64,000 nucleotides of DNA from IMG/VR virus record IMGVR_UViG_3300048086_000017, positions 341-64,340 of that record. The stretch is one strand, 5' to 3'. This DNA comes from a virus. Lineage: Duplodnaviria > Caudoviricetes. Below are positions 62,204-64,000 of the stretch, in pieces (position 1 is the first letter of the stretch; every line of letters begins with the position of its first letter). A program made the position numbers and the translations under genes. The notes beneath the pieces were generated by a model. The model searched no databases. It was not told the origin of the DNA and worked only from the letters and a program-made list of their open reading frames with translations.

Positions 62204-62610
62204 ACGAAGGGCTATTTTATCGAGCATGGGACACAGAAGAGAAGCGCATGTATGAGGTAACGGCGTTGTGGTGGAATGCTGCTATCCCTGGACAAATCGA
62301 GAGAATGGAACTTGTGGGGGCTGAGCAGCCATTCCCGACAAAGATCGTCTATCGAACATCGGGCATCGAGCACTTCATTCTCATGCAAGGGACTGGCAAA
62401 ATGGACAGGGGCGGCAAGGTGATCTACCCAGGCGATATCGTGCTCTGGTGTGGCGGCCAGTACACCATCACCTTTTCTGACAATGAAGGCACCTGGATAC
62501 TCAAAGATGATCGGGAGGATTGGGATTGCCCGTCCCTCTACGGGATAAGCAGCCCGCTCCAATCGCGCATTCAGATCATCGGCAATATCTATGAAACGCC
62601 GTCTAGCTGA
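62200..62610 (+). CDS. YopX family protein
   Basis: FYRAWD...LMQGTGKMDRGGKVIYPGDIV...IIGNIYE. Confidence 0.92.
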   Translation: MNEGLFYRAWDTEEKRMYEVTALWWNAAIPGQIERMELVGAEQPFPTKIVYRTSGIEHFILMQGTGKMDRGGKVIYPGDIVLWCGGQYTITFSDNEGTWILKDDREDWDCPSLYGISSPLQSRIQIIGNIYETPSS

Positions 62611-62771
62611 CGACTAACCAGTATTTCAGCATTGGGGTTTGCAGATGGGTCGCTCTATTTTTGACTGCATTTCTGAATACGTTTATAATATCTGTATAGC
62701 CTTGCATTTTCGACAAGGATATGCTATACTCTGCTTATCTCACAAAGGGAGGGAAACAGAGCTTGATTACT

Positions 62772-62957
62772 ATGCAGCAAGAATTTATGACACCAGACGA
62801 AGTAGCAAAGAGCCTTCGCATCTCAGAAGACTCCGTAACGCGTCTCTTGCGCGTCGGCAAACTACCAGGATACAAAATCGAAGGGTCATGGCGGGTAGAC
62901 CGCAAGGACCTTGCGGAGTATCTGGCAACGAAGAGGAACACTCAGGACAAAAAATAA
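62772..62957 (+). CDS. Excisionase-like HTH_17 DNA-binding protein
   Basis: FMTPDEVAKSLRISEDSVTRLLRVGKLPGYKIEGSWRVDRKDL. Confidence 0.9.
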   Translation: MQQEFMTPDEVAKSLRISEDSVTRLLRVGKLPGYKIEGSWRVDRKDLAEYLATKRNTQDKK

Positions 62958-63128
62958 ACGCTGATTGCCAGCGTTCGTATTGGCATTACCAGAGGGCAGG
63001 CCGTAGCCTAGACAACTCCACCCGCCTCTCCGGTGTCGTTCTGCCTATTTCTATTCTACATTGTGCAGTGAAAAATGGCAACCCTGCACAGGGGATAGAA
63101 ATTGGCGGATGGAAGGGACGGTCAGTAT

Positions 63129-63281
63129 ATGGGACACCTCACAGTCTTTCAACGCGCACACACCACATATGCGCAATCACGCAAAAACACAACTATTCCC
63201 ATTGTACCACACATTTCAGACCGACACGTCTGTTTTGCCAGACCGTTCGGTCTATTTTATAGAGAGGTCGAGGAAAGATGA
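63129..63281 (+). CDS. 50-aa hypothetical protein (not in ORF track)
   Basis: MGHLTVFQRAHTTYAQSRKNTTIPIVPH...; stop overlaps methyltransferase ATG. Confidence 0.45.
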   Translation: MGHLTVFQRAHTTYAQSRKNTTIPIVPHISDRHVCFARPFGLFYREVEER

Positions 63282-64000
63282 AGACGCCCACGCATTACGC
63301 TTACTACAACGACAATGAGCATTTCTGTTGTGAAGTGCTGCGCAAGAATATCAAGAGTGGCAACCTGCCAGGAGGGCACGTCGATGAAAGAGATATCCGA
63401 GAAGTACGAGCAACCGACCTTGTGGGATACCAGCACGTTCACCTCTTCGCAGGGATCGGAGTCTTTGCCCTTGGCATGCATCGAGCAGGATACCCCGCGC
63501 ATATCCGAACACTTACCAGCGGCTTCCCCTGTCAAAACATCAGCAATGCAGGAAAACGCACTGGCATCACAGGCGAACAATCAGGACTTTGGAAAGAGAT
63601 GCACCGGATCATTCAGGAAAGTCTTGATCGCGGTTGTGGATTTGACTACCTCTTGCTTGAAAACGTTGCAGCTCTCACTGGGCGGGGACTTGATACCGTT
63701 CTCACAGACCTTGCCCAAGCGGGGTATGACTGCGAATGGCAGTGTTTACGAGCTAGTGACTTCGGCGCCCCTCATCAGCGAGAGCGCATCTTCATCGTGG
63801 CCTACCCCACGGGCCGAGAAGATAGGCGGTTACTCCAGCCCACAGTACAGACCTACGCTCTTGCAAATTGTAAGGTGCTGGCCGACGCCAGCCGCGCAGG
63901 ATGGCAAGAACTCGACGCTTCCCCCATCTCAGGAGACCAGGGACACCCTGCCTGGCGCAAGATTGCGCCAGGCGAAGAGCAGCGGCTTGTGGAGGACTCC
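63278..64000 (+). CDS. C5 DNA cytosine methyltransferase, phage type with permuted N-terminal motifs (3' truncated by window)
   Basis: Own translation: YYNDNE..., VDERDI, HLFAGIG (motif I), SGFPCQ (IV, catalytic Cys), LENV (VI), PHQRERIFIVA (VIII). Confidence 0.92.
   Translation, partial: MKTPTHYAYYNDNEHFCCEVLRKNIKSGNLPGGHVDERDIREVRATDLVGYQHVHLFAGIGVFALGMHRAGYPAHIRTLTSGFPCQNISNAGKRTGITGEQSGLWKEMHRIIQESLDRGCGFDYLLLENVAALTGRGLDTVLTDLAQAGYDCEWQCLRASDFGAPHQRERIFIVAYPTGREDRRLLQPTVQTYALANCKVLADASRAGWQELDASPISGDQGHPAWRKIAPGEEQRLVEDS

Overview
The window is a nearly complete, probably circular genome of a temperate siphovirus. No host housekeeping genes or att junctions are visible. A C5 DNA methyltransferase starts at 63278, runs off the right end, and a matching C-terminus reappears at 1-91. 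Protein style and the filamentous-host-type module suggest a Ktedonobacteria/Chloroflexota host, but this is inference only. Modules in order: replication (initiator with internal iterons, DnaC-like loader; 88-2464); a leftward early operon with a small-RNA island (3754-8031); a GntR/UTRA-controlled operon with membrane proteins and a HerA/FtsK-superfamily ATPase (8165-14365); an accessory operon (15301-20078); head, neck and tail genes (20687-42203, including a MuF-ADP-ribosyltransferase fusion and a tail-chaperone -1 frameshift); hydrolase/lysis genes (42214-46227); two tRNA-Glu genes and an RHH-autoregulated MazG-like operon (46394-48393); a tyrosine recombinase and Bet-type recombination operon (48747-56003); a three-promoter repressor switch (56070-56494); and a rightward early/middle operon (56540-64000). 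Two features stand out. (1) A self-contained promoter-repeat-spacer-repeat-terminator unit at 4915-5053 looks like a crRNA mimic or mini-CRISPR, with no cas genes in the window. (2) A Streptomyces-plasmid-like kor/tra/clt/spd module sits inside a tailed phage and includes a frame-independent CGCAAC repeat cluster; it could allow virion-free cell-to-cell or intramycelial spread. All protein family calls are from visible motifs and synteny, not from database searches.
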